A stretch of DNA of 64,000 nt. Origin: the human T2T-CHM13v2.0 reference genome, Homo sapiens. A model generated the notes under the pieces. The model was not told the origin of the DNA. It ran no database searches and saw only the letters and a program-made list of their open reading frames with translations. Shown in pieces: positions 1-26,843 of this stretch; position 1 is the stretch's first letter; the number at the start of each line of letters is the position of its first letter. The DNA lies in NCBI RefSeq assembly GCF_009914755.1, contig NC_060925.1. One strand, written 5' to 3'. A program made the position numbers and the translations under genes.

Positions 1-654
1 TCATTGCCATTTTACTGATAAAATTGAGGCTCAGTGAGGCAGGATGACTTGCTCCAGCTCAAAGTGACAGTCAGCTCCTGAACCTAGGTCTGCCCTGTCC
101 TACTGCCTCTAAGTCCCTTCTGAGTCCACAGAACTACGTCTCAAAAAATTGAAATGGCATCAAGCGTTTCCTTGGTTCCAATCTTGATCTGATGCATCTC
201 TGTTATTTCCTCCCATGCAGGTGGTCAGACCCTGTTTGAACACTTCCAGCCGTGGGCAAATCATCACCTCACACAGCATCCACTGACATGCTGGCAGTGT
301 TTGTGGGAAGAGAAGTAGTAAAGCCACTGAGACCAGAAGGTGGAACTTAGCTGGGAGTCTCTCCTTGGCCTGGGGGAGGTGAAAAGGCACAGAGCACTAA
401 GACCCAGTCATGTGCGGCAGCACCACGCAGAGGCCAGCCTGCAGGATTTTCACGGGCAAAATTTTGGTGGATGCTTCCTCTCCTGCCTGGACGTGGGGGT
501 GCTCAAAGCCTACCACTTCTAGGAACCTTTCTCAGGCCTCACGGGAGGAGTAATGAAGGCAAAACCTTGGGCTGAGGTGCTGATTCCTGCACTGTCTCCC
601 CTTCCCCAGGCAGATTTTCAATTTACACCCGAATGTGCATAGGCCTCTGGCCCT

Positions 655-1220
<566 letters not shown>

Positions 1221-1548
1221 CATCTGCTGTGCCTCTTCATGCCCCTGGGGCCCTGTGTCTTCATCTTTGCTTAGGGGGCCAGGGAAGATGCAAATGTCGT
1301 CCTGGCCCCTGGGCCTCTGCTCCAAGCTCATGACCACTCTTGGATGTCCATTGCAGGCTGGTACTGAGGCTCTGAAACACCAAGCCCTTCAAGCGTGATG
1401 GAGGGAGCTGGTTTATTATTAAATGGCATTGTCCCCAAGGAGTGGCAACTCTCCACCTCTCCATGAAAACACAACCTCCTAGAGAAGGTATCTCTTTCCA
1501 ACTACTGTGCCTTCAATCTCCAACCTCAATTGTTTCCCATCAAGACAA

Positions 1549-2137
<589 letters not shown>

Positions 2138-2192
2138 AGACCTCTTTTCTTTTTCTTTTTTTGCTAATAAAACAGTTAAGACAATTGTCCAT

Positions 2193-2198
2193 TTTATT
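2193..2198 (-). terminator. Distal polyadenylation signal AATAAA of FBXO42
   Basis: tttatt on the + strand; UGUUUU lies ~20 nt downstream on the minus strand. Confidence 0.7.
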
Positions 2199-2898
2199 TG
2201 TTAAATTGCTAAAAAGTCATCAGGGGAAAACATTAACAAAAAATGAAATTGACAGATTTAAATATCAATGAAATCCATGTTTCATTCCTACACTGTTATG
2301 TGCCCAAAATGACTATCTCAGGGTAAGCCACCTGGCATCCCTGAGTTGTATGGGAAACATCACTCACAGCACCAGCTTCGCCAGGGCACATGGGGTGTGC
2401 ACTGACATGAACCCTGGTTGGAGGGAGGGGAGCAGAGCAAGTAGAGTGTACAATGGAGCCAACACCTAAAGTTTGCTCTCATTTGACAATGAACACGGTG
2501 AGAGGGAGCCACTTACTGGTAACCATGCAGAACATGCCTTCTGCAGTTCATGCAGAGGCTACATGGGACGCAGGCCTGGAAATTCAGCTTCCTCACCACC
2601 AGGCGTGGTTAGATCCTCCCCACTGACTTGTGCGCTGGTAAGAGACCATGGATAATGCAAAGTGGAGCATATCACCATGCCAGGATCACCACAAGGACAA
2701 GGACAGACAGACAGACCAACCAGGAATACCACTTTTAAGGGGGAAGGAAAGAGTGAAGCAGAAGGAAACCCAGAATGACAAGGTGAAAGAAAGGAAAGGG
2801 AAACATCTCTTTGTTCTCCATTGGCTGGTGGCTTTCTGTCCTCCAAAGTCAAGGCTTCTTAAGTTGGTTTTCTTTCTTCCTCTCCTCCTCCTCTTTTC

Positions 2899-2904
2899 TT
2901 TATT
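2899..2904 (-). terminator. Possible proximal alternative poly(A) signal AATAAA
   Basis: tttatt on the + strand within the 3'UTR; usage unknown. Confidence 0.35.
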
Positions 2905-5805
2905 TTAAAGAGTTCCAACACAGTTCCTAGAATAGTTCATGGTTTTCAGCTGTTGCTGTAAAACTCGAACATTAAAATCAAATCAATCCACAGACAGCTG
3001 GGAGGAGAGTAAGCCCAGTATGCCCTAAAATGAAATTTAAGCTTGTTTCAACACCAAATTTGTGCTCCCAAAGTGTAGGGTAGGGTGAGGTTGTGGAGTC
3101 CACCAACCAAATGAAGGGTGGAAATAGGAATGAAAACACAAAACCCGCTCTGCTGCATAACCTGTGAAATAAGAGAACAGGAAGCTCTGTCCAAGAGGGT
3201 AGGGAGAGACTAAAATTCTTACGTAAGATGGACAAGGTGACCAGTGAAGTCACTAGGCCATGGGAGCTCTCAAAAGGCACACTTGCAGGAATGGAAGGGG
3301 TTAAAGCTTCAAGTAGAAACAAAATGAATTTTCAATAAATACGGATAAATATTTGCTTCAGGTGCTCCTGAGGGTTAAAAAAAATTTAGTCTCATTTTTC
3401 TCAGTGAATTTTAAGACAAAATTGGTATCATGTGAAAAATGGGGTCATGGTTCAATCTGGCCTGACTGCAGCATCCACGGCATTGTGGAAATGCTCGCCT
3501 TGGCCGAGACACGTGAAGTCCCACCGCACAGGTGGCTTCAGGAGGCCTGAGGAGACAATCACCTTCACTGTGTTGAATCACTTTCCCATGGTACACGCCC
3601 ACAGTGCCCAGGAGCTACCAAGACCAACCATAATGGGGGCAGACAAGGCAGATTTTTCTTAAAAAGCTGTAAGCAAACAGTCTGGTTCCAGGCAGTATGC
3701 GTCAAACTGGAATTCAATGGAGTTCAGAGGAACCAGATTACTTTCTAAGACAATCAACATATCTGTTGCCTGCCTACTTGGGGGAAGTGGAAGGAATCAA
3801 CACGTTAACAGCTGGCTTAGGAAGGCCACAGGACTAAGGGAAAGACTGTAAGGTTGAGATTCTGTACTTCCAGGTTTCTAATATACTTTATATTTAGATA
3901 GGAACTACTGAGTTTGGAGGCACAGTCCATGCACAAACACAATGTCCTAACACAAGGTACAGCAATAGCGGTAACACCTGAATTGCTAGCCTTCTGGCCC
4001 AGCTTTCCCTTGTAAATAAGGACCCCACATGATCGAACAGTCTTTGCCAAGCAAGGATTGGCAACAGCACCAGAGCCTGAGTCGCGAAAGGGAAGTGTGG
4101 AGCTCCAAGCAGTTGGATGCCACATAAGTAGACACATGTTGTTTCCTCATTGAAGGGAACACAAAGAGCAGTTTCTGGAACACATACCCCTCCCCACAAG
4201 CTAGGCTTGGCACCAGGGTGGCTTTCCTACGAAGACCACATCATAAAAGCTAATGGCTAAGGGAAAGGATTCAGCATGATGTAACAGGAGAAAACACACT
4301 TATCAGTACACTTAGGCTGCCAGATGCTGGCTGAAAGCCAGGACCCAGGGCCAGCTGCAGCAGGCTTTGTGCCTGAGAAACGCTAATAATAAAAAGAGGA
4401 GTGTCAGGGTGGCAAGGTGATGTTTTGAAATTAGGATTTAAATTTCAAAACAAAACAAAGGCAAAACAAAAATCCTCTTTCCACTGATGAGAAATCACCA
4501 AAAATCCCTATTTAAATGGTGCCATTTGAAATAAACTTATTTTGACATCTCCTATGCCCAGGCCATGGTTGAGACTAGTAACTTTCTGTATCAAGCAAAG
4601 AAATGCTCTACTTGGTTACACCTTAATCTCAGAAATGAAGTGAAAGTAAAAACCCAAGCCCTATTTGGGTGACACATGAAGAAGACAAGTGCAAAGGATG
4701 GAGCTGTTTCTGAGGTCAGCCATGCGTCAAGAAGTCAAGTACATGATTCTCAACTCCATCACCTGCCAATAGCCAGGAAGAGGAATATATGTCACCACAA
4801 GGAAAAAAACATTTCTAAAAAGAACTGTTATTGGAATTCCCTTCCAGAATCAATTTCCACATTCTACAAATATGGGATGAGTGTGCTCAATGTGCTTTGG
4901 AAGTAAAAAGAAGCCCATAGGGAAAAAACAGTATCTTTTGATGCTTGCTTCAAAGATTTCTCACAATATTGGCATCTTAGAATTCCCTACTGGCCCCCTA
5001 GTGACACCAGGGAAAGGGTTCCACAAGTATTTCTAAGCAGCTTCTGATTTCTGTAGGCACCTGAGCTTTGTAAAAGAAACAGAAAGTCAGACAGGTTTTA
5101 GGACTTCACCACATATGAAAAAAAAAAAAGAAAAGAAAAAAGGTAGAAGAAAAAAGCAGCCTGTAAGTGAATGGAAAAGGCAGTTTCCAAGTACCATGTT
5201 CTAAGGGAAGAAAGAGGAGAATAAATATGTTTTTTGGCAACTTGCCACCAAATATGATTGATTGTCAGAAATTTCCACAATCAGACACAAAATGTTTTCT
5301 GAGACACACAAGAAGCACTCCAAAGACCAATGGACACTACTAGGCGGTCAGATGTTGGCTGCATAAACATTATTTCACAATGACCCGGCACACAAATGTG
5401 GAATAAAATCCTTTGTTGGGTAACTTTCCTCAGCCATAAAAGGCAAGAGGGGGCCAGGCACTGGCATTTCTGCAGAGCTGTCACAGGTCCTCTGTGGTTT
5501 TAAGAGAAGGGGAAAAACAGTTACTTTTACCCCGACAGCACCTGAAGCATGAGAGTCTAAAACCCTCCACCTTTGCAACTTACATATGCCCTTTCATTTT
5601 TTAACTCCAAGAAGGCCACATAAAGATTTACAGGGGGCTCTTCAGTTTCTTTTGGGAAGTTACTGATGTTAGTCTGTTCTCTAACTTCTTGGTCTAGTTA
5701 CCAGCAAGGTAGAAAAAGGCAGCCCAGCCCCTGTTAAAACACAGCAACAACTTTATCTGAACCAGGATGGAAATCTCTCCCTTTTTTTGTCAACAGAGTT
5801 GGCTA

Positions 5806-5835
5806 TATAATATATATATATATATTTATATATAA
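5806..5835. repeat. (TA)n AT-rich tract in the 3'UTR
   Basis: tatataatatatatatatatatttatatata. Confidence 0.85.
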
Positions 5836-6004
5836 TTTTTTTTCTTAATGGAGATTTGATCCCAGCCTGGAGTGACTTCGGTTGGGAATTAAAGAGTTTT
5901 GGCTTCTGGGAGTAATTTTGTTTTCCCAATTCTCAGTCCAAATGCTTACACACTGGAAAATTCCAAATTAAAAGCCACAGAAAAGGAAAGGGGTTTAGAA
6001 CACA

Positions 6005-7168
<1,164 letters not shown>

Positions 7169-7601
7169 TCATTCAACTGTCAAACATTTTATCATGAGCA
7201 TCTGTCATGTGCCAGACATTTTGTAGGTACCTGAGATATGAAGATGAAAATGATGTAGTCTGCCCTCTAGGCTAGAAGTCAGACATGGGAACAATCGCTG
7301 CTTTGTGTGACATATGCTATCATTAGAGATATGTATACAGAAGGGGTGGGGAGAAGGGAACAATCAATTTTTGTTAGAAGGAGAAGGGAAAGTTTCACAG
7401 ACAAACAGATGCTTAAAGTTGGGACTTACTGAATGAGTAGGGCCCCTGTAAGTTTTCCCATTTAGTGAGAAATGCCAAAGGAGCTATGGCTAATGTTCAC
7501 CTCTTTTGTGACACCAAGGTGTTTTCTATTTTTGTACAAATTTCTTTGTAACCTGACAAAGTAATGTGGTTTTCCACAATTTAGGACCTGTCCTCCTGCT
7601 A

Positions 7602-7814
<213 letters not shown>

Positions 7815-8391
7815 TCAAAGCTCTCCTGTCTGGTCTTGAAAGGATGTGGACTCTTCAGAAGGATAGCAAAATCCTCAGTTAATTATTCAGTTGTGCATGC
7901 ATCCACTTATGCTTTCATTCATTCATATATTACCACTGGCTTAGCACATGGAATTGTGCTTGTGACCCATGAATCAACTGAGTGGTTTTGACACTTGCCC
8001 ATAATTTTATGTGTATGTATTGGGGATTGAAGGAGAGGATAAATAATACATATCCACAACTTTCTGAATCTGCTTTCTTAAATACTGTGTGAACTCTGAC
8101 AGTTATCAACCTGCTTTTTTGTTCCACTGCCCTCTCCCCTTTGAAAATATGATAGCAGTAAACTTTATAGCCTAAAAAGGAAATAGGAATGGGAAGAATA
8201 TAGATATGAATATTCAAGAGACAAATATCTATGATTAAAAGGATCCCCCCACAACCCTAAAAAAAAGCAGAAACAAAGGCCAGAAAATACAAAGGCTATA
8301 CCCAAAAAGCATTCCTTAAATTAAAATGCCATGGAAATAGTCTTGTATACTCCTAGAAAAGAAGACAGGGGAAACAGGTTTTGAACACTTA

Positions 8392-8574
<183 letters not shown>

Positions 8575-8957
8575 CTAGCTCCCAAATGGGAATATTCTAG
8601 TTACCATAACCTCTCCATTCTCCTAAAAACATATCAATTCTGATCCCTGTGAATAAATTACTGATAATTCACCTGAAAGGATACATTCTTTGTTGATCAA
8701 ATATTAACATGAATGTCAACCACATAAAATGCAGGATTCTCTTGAGAAATGACACAGCAAAGTAAATGCTTTGGGGAGGAGCATAATATAAAACCACTAT
8801 AAATAATATGACCCATTAGAAGTTGAAAAATAAATACCAGTAAAAAAGAATGATACATTTTCTTTGGCTTAGTGCATATTGGCATCTTACCTGACTCCCT
8901 CCTCCCTCTCCCGTCCTAACTGAAAGACGCTACAGTGTTTGCTGAATAGTTATTTTA

Positions 8958-9209
<252 letters not shown>

Positions 9210-10636
9210 TTAGAGATGCCCTACTCAGAGTTCAGGGGCTTCTGAACCAGAAAGAGACCATGTTGCTGAATCCCAGCTCTGTAGCCTGAACAAGTCACTT
9301 AATTTTCTCTAACTCTGACTTTATCTCTAAAATGAAAATACTGTTACTACTGTCTGAGGAGCTGATATAAAATGAAGGGACCTTTATAAAGATGCGCAGC
9401 AAAGTGTTATGCTCCTACTTAGCACTTAGGCTGTATCTTTCTTCCCCTACTTTCCCTAGAAGTCATCCTGAGACCCTCCCTCTGCTCTTTCCACGAGGCC
9501 TCATCTGAGCCACGTCTGCGGCCAGACACTAGTGCCTAATGAGATTATTTTTTTAACCATCTATTAACTGAAGTAAAAGCAGATGATTAAAAAATAGTTA
9601 ATTGGTGACAGCAGGAAATAGACACTGGTTAAGCTACAGTTTTCAAAAGCAAAAACCACAAAGAAGAGAAAAAACGATTCAAAAGGCAGCTTCATCATTG
9701 TCCAGGAGTTAAAAGCTTTATCGATTCTGGCTACAAAAAGTAATTGCACAATGACTAATGAAAGCTGCAGTTTTATCAAGGACAGACTGGCATCTCTAAC
9801 CCTCAAGGGACCAACATGACGAGGACAGACTCCTGGATGGCAGTCTCTCTTTCATGGTCACTTAAGGTCATTGATTCACCCACAAAAATACAGGAATAAT
9901 AGTTCCAATATCTGAAATCCTAAACTCTCTCATTGGGAGAGTAGCTCCTATAATCTCTCTCCATAACTGTTTTAAAATATGAAGATGGAAATGCCCTAAG
10001 GGAGGACAGGTGTGGGATGGTCTTGCTGCTGACAGCTCATCAACTTCCACTTCAGAGCACAGGGGGAATGACCACAACTGCTGCTACCGCTGAATCAGAC
10101 AGTGATACAGATGGAATGCTCTGGCTCCTGACTATGGCTTGAGCTGTCCAGTATGGCCAGAAGTGGACAGGACAGGAGGTAGGGACAATGACCTCACAGA
10201 AATGTCATGCCTGACACAGTTTTCCTGTTCCTACCCATTCCACAACCCATCCCATTTGTTTTTTTCTTTTCTTTCCTTCTTTCTTTCTTTTCATGCCCTT
10301 TACATGTGGCTCAACCAACCTATCACATTTGGAGGGCCCACCATTTCCACTTGTCCTGTCAATCTCCCCCTCTTCTCCTCTAAAGCCCAAAAGGGCAAGA
10401 GCTGGGTAATAAAGTAGAATAAGTAAAAGCATTCTGTTCTCGAAAGTTGGCCTTCTGCAGGCACAGCACAGCAGGCAAGGTGGAGGTTCCATCAGAATTT
10501 GATCCTACTGAATAGAACCATATGTCAAAGAGATTCTATATAACTATGATTTTATAGAGCAAATTTTTCAATTTATTGGTCTGTGATTAAGGGATTAAAG
10601 AACAGAATGCTAGGATGAGATAACTAATTGGATTAA

Positions 10637-10968
<332 letters not shown>

Positions 10969-11043
10969 CTAATTCACTTTTAAACCTGTTATTCCCAGGA
11001 GTATTTACCTTCAGGCTCATATGGAGCAAACCAAATGTACTTA

Positions 11044-11187
<144 letters not shown>

Positions 11188-11739
11188 TCAGCACCACACA
11201 CTTTATGTAAAAATAGTAAGTAGGCATCCATTTAAAATGATAATCCTATCACTTTCAGCAGAGATTTGTTGGGATAATAAGTAGAGGATGGCATAATGTA
11301 TTTATGCCTTTCCTACAAGTTTGCTTAAAGTTATCTTCTTTCAAGTTCTGAATGTAAACGGTCTGGAGGGAGAGAGATGAGAAAACGATGACAAGAGACA
11401 AGATCATGGCTTCTTTGGCCTGGTTTGCTGACAAAGCACCACCTGCCACCTGCTACCTTTCCCTATGGTCCTGATCAGTAACAGCTAACAAGCGCCACGT
11501 ACTAAGTCTTCCATTACAAGAAACAGCGGTTGCTGTCATTAAGAGATATATGTTTGAAAAACAATTCAGAGTAAGTCTTGGAGACACAGTTAGGAGTAAG
11601 GAATCATCTGGATCTACAACACTCCTGGAGTGTTAGCAGCCAAAGCTGAAGAGCTCGCTGTTCTTCAACTGGCTCATTCATTTTTCTTGAAAGAGGAATA
11701 AATCTCTTCTATTTTTTCTCTTTAGAATAAGGATTCTAA

Positions 11740-11892
11740 ATGCAGGGTTCTAAGAGAGTCCTGTAAACTCTCTGAAACTGTTGGTAAAATCTGTGAATAT
11801 GTGCATTTTTCCCCTCCTGGGAAAAGAGTCCACAGCTTTCCATCTAATTCTCAAAGGGACTCTTGACACAAAAAAAACAAAGAATCCACTGA
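11740..11892. mobile_element. hAT-Charlie-type MITE relic (MER103/MER5-like)
   Basis: gtgcatttttc...gtccacagctttc...ttctcaaaggg...agaatccactg; family recalled from memory. Confidence 0.45.
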
Positions 11893-11939
11893 TTTAAGGC
11901 CTTTTCTTCCAGATTTAAAGAGTTTATCTTTGTGACTTA

Positions 11940-12104
<165 letters not shown>

Positions 12105-13018
12105 TCAGTAACACCATGGTTAGCATTCAGGATCTCACAACAATCCGTAGTTAGGCTATCCATAGATCACCTTTCCCTGGAAGAGCAACAAAAGGGGAAC
12201 TAATACTACAAAGTGTAGAGGAAAGGTGGAAAGAAAACTGGGTTTGAGTCTGAGAGAAAATCATCACTAATTCACACGTCTTTTATTATTAACAGAGAAA
12301 TATGAGTTAGAGAAAAGATACTTAGCCTCTCTCATGTTTATAATTTGCTCACCTAAAATTAGGGATGAGAGTACCTATCTCATAAGGCTGTTTTGAGTAT
12401 TAAATAGTATATTCAAAGCACCTAACATAATGCCTGGCACATAGAAAGTGCTCAACAAATGAGCACCCCTTCCCATCCCTTTAACAAACTTAACAGAGGT
12501 CACAAAGAAAAGAAAGAATGTAGAGGACCAGGGAGAAGTATACATAGAGGCTGGATGTCTGGATGCAACTTAAAAATAACTCGTTACAAAACACAGGTAA
12601 GAAAAGGAGGCAGGAGGCAGTTCTTATTTGTCCCGTGAGTCAAATTTTAACATAGGGACCTCCAGGCCCCTAGCTATGGGCTTCACATAACCAGATAGCC
12701 TCAGCCTAGCACAAATGGGGCAGACCTTCAAGGATTGGTGTGAAGGAATTCCAGTGAAACCATAAGTCTTACACCAAACACCATCTAGACTGGACCTCTG
12801 GGCTACACTGACCAAATTCTGAAAAAAAACACTTTGGCTTATGCTGGAAAACTTTAGAGATAACAAATGTCTTACAGGAGCATAATTTTTCAAAATCTAT
12901 TGTCTTTGAAATAACAATTGCTATTTTTCCCCATCCCTCACTCTACATGTCACCTTTAGTTTCCTCAAGACCAAAGTAACTTGTCCCAATATCCAGGTGT
13001 CAGTAAATACCAGAATAC

Positions 13019-16335
<3,317 letters not shown>

Positions 16336-17000
16336 TAAAAGAATGAGCTTTAAAGTCAGAATATATCATGCTGCACTTCATGCATACAGATACATTCCTT
16401 CTGAATAGTTGCCACAAACAAGTCTGATGCCTTAAAAGGTCTAGTGTTTCAAAGCTGAAGAAGTTCTTTCTTCAATCTTAATCCGGTAAAGCCAAAGACC
16501 TAGTCAGAGAGAAGTAAATTAAACAGAAGGCTATTCTTAGAACCTCTTTTTCTCTACAAGGCTCTGGGACACACTCCACCTCTAATATAGGACCATTTAC
16601 TTATTCTCCGAACTCTCCAAGGAAAGGTAAGCTGAGGCCAGTGATAATGATAAATCAATATAAGAGATCCTCTAGGATTATCTTAGGTAAGGGCTTTCCA
16701 AAACGACGTCTCAGATATCTTGACCTTTTAGAAAGGCAAAATCTTTCCCTCTACTTTTTATCTCATGAAGTTGGAGAACTCCTCCATCTAGAATTTATCT
16801 CCATGGCCTATTTTATGTCACAAAGTAGGAGCATCTTAAATAGCTCAACTTAATTTCAGCATCTTAATTATCTCAACTAAGTAGGGGAAAGTTAAATCAA
16901 TTGTATACCCCCACCTCAATTTGTGGGTGAACTGGAAAAAAACTTACCATACAAGAACAAATGAGGTGGCAGAGATCAACATACAGCTTTTATACAGTGA

Positions 17001-20723
<3,723 letters not shown>

Positions 20724-23700
20724 TAAAAAATATTTTTATATCTCCATGCTATTATCATTTTTTAGTATTAGTTTATTGTTAAGGAGTTATAAATAATACT
20801 GTTTGATGGCCTATTATGTGCTAACTACTGAGTGCTACAAATTTTATATTTATTATCTAATTTAATCATTATAACCTTAAAATGCAGGTATTACTAGCCT
20901 CATTTTACAGATGAATAATGGTAGGTGAAGCTAATGCATAATGCTTACACTGAGCTAGACACTGTTCTAGGTACCTCTTGAAAACTAAAAAAGAAAAAAA
21001 AAAAGGCAAATTCCATGTTCTGAGTAATCAAGAAATCCAACCTAAAGGGTTATTTAATGAAAGAAGAGTTAATCCCTTGTCCTTGGAAGTTTAGGTTCAG
21101 ATAAGTCCCTATTAAAAAAAAAAAAAAGACATTTCAAGGCCTCCTAAAGGAGCTCTATATGGCTCACAAAGCCTTTTGGTCCCTGATCTGCATACTACAC
21201 AGTTGGCTCTGAGTACAGGTGTCTTAGGCAATAATAGCCAAATGTCACAAGATGAGAAGCAGGTATATAATCCTACCATTTTCTCAATATCACTTACATT
21301 CTCAACAAATAGAACTGTTACTCTAGTCTTACACACTTCAGACTTTTGGGGAGAAACTGACTTATTTATTTTTATTTCCTTAAGAAAATGAAAGTGCTTT
21401 AAAACACTTTCAAATAAAATAATCAAACAAGATAGAACTTTTGAAAGAAAAAGTCAGAACCCTTTCTACCCCACGGAAAATGGCTATTTTCATGGCTGTT
21501 TTCAAAGTATAGTTTTTTTAAAAAAAAATAGAAACATCTCTTTCATACATATATAGAGTAAACATGTGTTAGGATATATTTAACTTATTAATAAGGGAGC
21601 AAGCAGGAAGTAATGCTAATTCAAAGGAGAATTTGAGGAAAAGAGCCATGCTAAAATAAGTTTGCTAACAGCTAGGCACAGTGGCATGTACCTGTAGTCC
21701 CCAGCTACTCAGGAGACTGAGGCGGGAGGATGGCTTAACCTCCTGCCTTAAGATAGGTTAAGTCTCCCCATCTTAACCACTCTGTGCAGACTCGCTTTCT
21801 CAGAGTGGGTCCAATATAAAGCATTCACTTCCAACTCCAGCTCCACAGGCAGTATACCAGTCCTTCACACACAAAACTGGCCTTGAGGGCAAAGTAATGC
21901 CAGATAGACCAGTTAACTAAAACCCTACCCCACAGATGCTGTTTTTTGTTTTGTTTTGTGGTAGTGAGGAGCCTCAAACTGGCGTGTGTATGGGGGGTGG
22001 GAAGGATGGATTTTGCTGATAAAACCAAAGCTGGGTCTTGGAAAGCTCTGACTAAGCATCTGGCTTGATAAAGCTGTCATCATGGTATTGTGTGAAGTGA
22101 CTGACCTCAACAGCAGGAGTTCAGAGATCAGGATAATTTGGACAGATATTTCCCAGAATACCATATTACCATCAAAATCAGAAAACCTAGAGGGCACTGG
22201 AGGATAGCGTGGCACATATAACTTTGAAGGAAACAGATTCCTTAAAGAAAAACTGCTGGTGTTATAATTTAACTGCTTACTCAAAACTATTTTGATTTTA
22301 CAGGCAATACTTCGTAAGGGCAACAACAAAAGCATGTTTCATGGTTCTGTGGTGTGAGGAGGTAGGGATAAAAGGATAATTGAGAAAAACACTTCAAAAT
22401 TCATGAGTATAAAGTCTGTCTTGACCATAAACACCTTGAAGACAACTATTTGGAATGGTCTCCAAAATACTGCAGCCCAAGGACCAAGGGGTTTCTATCT
22501 GGAACAGATACTAGTTTCTCTTCTGGTAATAAAAATATTTCCAACTTAACATCAATGTGGCCAATAATAATTACAAGTCATTGCATTTATATAAATGCCC
22601 ATGAAGATACAAGTACATAATGCTTTAAAGAAAGAAATAGCAAGTAAATACAAAGTTACAGAACCTCTAAACTCCTGCTTCCTAAGACTTGGTTCTACCC
22701 AGGAGTGCTCTTTAATTGCAGTTCTAATCAGGGGTGTTGAAATTATCCATTTAGATTCTCCCCAATAAGACTACACTATCCTAGAAGACAGGGACTATTT
22801 CTTATGAAAATGTTTGTTGAATTGAAGCCATCCACGGAAGCCAAATGGTTATAGATCTCTCAGGAGCTGAAATCAGGGTCGGCTCCAGCTAATTATAACA
22901 TACCCTAGAGGCATCAGCCCACCTTTGGGTGGGGTTAAAGCCAAACATTTTTTTGGGTCTCCCCCTCTACCCACTCCATTTTTTTCTTCCTATTTTACTC
23001 CTCAATTGTAAAAAGGCCAGAAAAGTTACTGATTGACATCAACATTCACTGGTATTAGACAAAACTTGTCTGGATCTCAGGATTCAGGGTATACATTATT
23101 ATTACAACTATATCCACATCTTTAAAAACATCATTCTATGGGTCATTTATGAAATATCCAAATAACAGGAACTTTTGTAATGGGCATGAGAAACTTTTAG
23201 ATCTTATCTAACTATGCCACAGGCATGAACTAAAGGAAATTCTCTATTGGCATTGTTTTCACTTCTTAACAAAACCATATGAAAGACCACTTGATGAATA
23301 GGGCAGCACTTATCAGCTAAAAATGAACAATACAAAAGCCAGTAATAGTTCCTTGTTACCATTTCAAGTAGTCTTTTGATTCAATTTCTGAGGGAGGAGA
23401 GGAGGTCCAAAGTCTCAGTTTAATCTGATAATTTGTTAATTGCAGTTCTAATGGGGGTGGGGGGCATAGGGGGTACTCTTTCAAGTAGGGACTTTAAGAA
23501 GTGAAAACAATGTTACCAGTCATAAAGTTTCTAGCCTGGTGTCAAAACAGAAAAATCCTTGTCAGCCCTGAGAGTGAGCCAAACTGAAATATGGTAAAAT
23601 CTTACTTATTCTCTCCCTGGGAGGACCAAAAGTTACCCAGATCTGTGCTATACAAATTTTCCCACTCTTCTCTTTAGCAGGAGGTAATGTGTATACACCT

Positions 23701-24012
23701 TAGAAAAGCATGTATTCTGGAAAAATCCCAGGGTCTGAACTTTCTAAATAAACAAGAAGGATTTCTTCCTTTTCTAAGGGAACCTACTGGCTCTGCTTTC
23801 ATTCACATGTCCTGAGACCATCACAGGTCCAGGTTGTTACAGGACTGCAAAGGGCTACAGGAAACAAGGAAGAACCACCACCTCATGAAGAAGGTTAACC
23901 AGGAATAGGTCCATGGGTCAGGGAGGAGCTAATATAATAACTTAAAATATTCCCTTAAATAACATCTTAACTCCTTCTTAATCAAAAGCACATCACTTTA
24001 ATAAGAACAAAG

Positions 24013-25481
<1,469 letters not shown>

Positions 25482-25665
25482 ACTTTCTCTTCTTATAAAG
25501 CCACCAGTCCCCACTCCCAGTCTAACCCATTAATCCAGGAACGAATTAATCAATTCTGCTGTCATGACCCAAACACCTCTTAAAGACCCCACCTCTCAAT
25601 ACTGCTACACTGGGGATTAACTTTCAACACATGTTTCAGAGGGAACAAACATTCAAACCATGGCA
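25482..25665. mobile_element. MaLR LTR fragment (MST/MLT1-like)
   Basis: ccccacctctcaatact...acattcaaaccatggca terminus. Confidence 0.6.
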
Positions 25666-26008
25666 AGCCCCATCACTTCCAGTGTCTCTGCTAGATGGAG
25701 TTAGGCAGCAGTAAATGGAGAAAACAATTTAATTAGGCCTAACAACTGGACGCTGAAGTGCTTAGGATTTGTCCAGAAAATAATTCCCAAGGGAAGATTG
25801 GGGATGAATTCATAAATATAATCATGTCCCTTTCTTTTCATCATCCTTCACTTATTCACCAGAGCCTTCAAGATAAAGGCCAGGCCAGGTGCAGTGGCTC
25901 ACGCCTGTAATCCCAGCACTTTGTGAGGCTGAGGTGGGAAGATTACTTGAGGCCAGGAATTCAAGACCAGCCTGAGCAATACAGAGAGACTCTGTCTCTC
26001 AAAAAAAA

Positions 26009-26039
<31 letters not shown>

Positions 26040-26081
26040 GAAGAAGAAAAGATAAATTCCAAATCCCTTACTTACCATGAG

Positions 26082-26083
<2 letters not shown>

Positions 26084-26124
<41 letters not shown>
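26084..26124. repeat. (CA)~20 microsatellite; reads (UG)n on the FBXO42 sense strand
   Basis: Read directly. Confidence 0.97.
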
Positions 26125-26128
<4 letters not shown>

Positions 26129-26129
26129 A

Positions 26130-26843
<714 letters not shown>

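Larger units (their letters stand above)
2175..6004 (-). other. FBXO42: FBXO42 long 3'UTR (~3.8 kb; 3' end approximate)
   Basis: Alu-free unique sequence between the stop codon and the distal AATAAA; Alus resume immediately below ~2137. Confidence 0.75.

Noticed and set aside
160-522. Short ORFs at the window start
   Set aside because: No recognisable homology or gene structure; likely intergenic.
2360-4900. miRNA seed matches in the 3'UTR (miR-29 at ~2368 and ~4066, miR-124 at ~3274, miR-218 at ~4891)
   Set aside because: 7-mers are expected by chance in 3.8 kb, and conservation cannot be assessed here.
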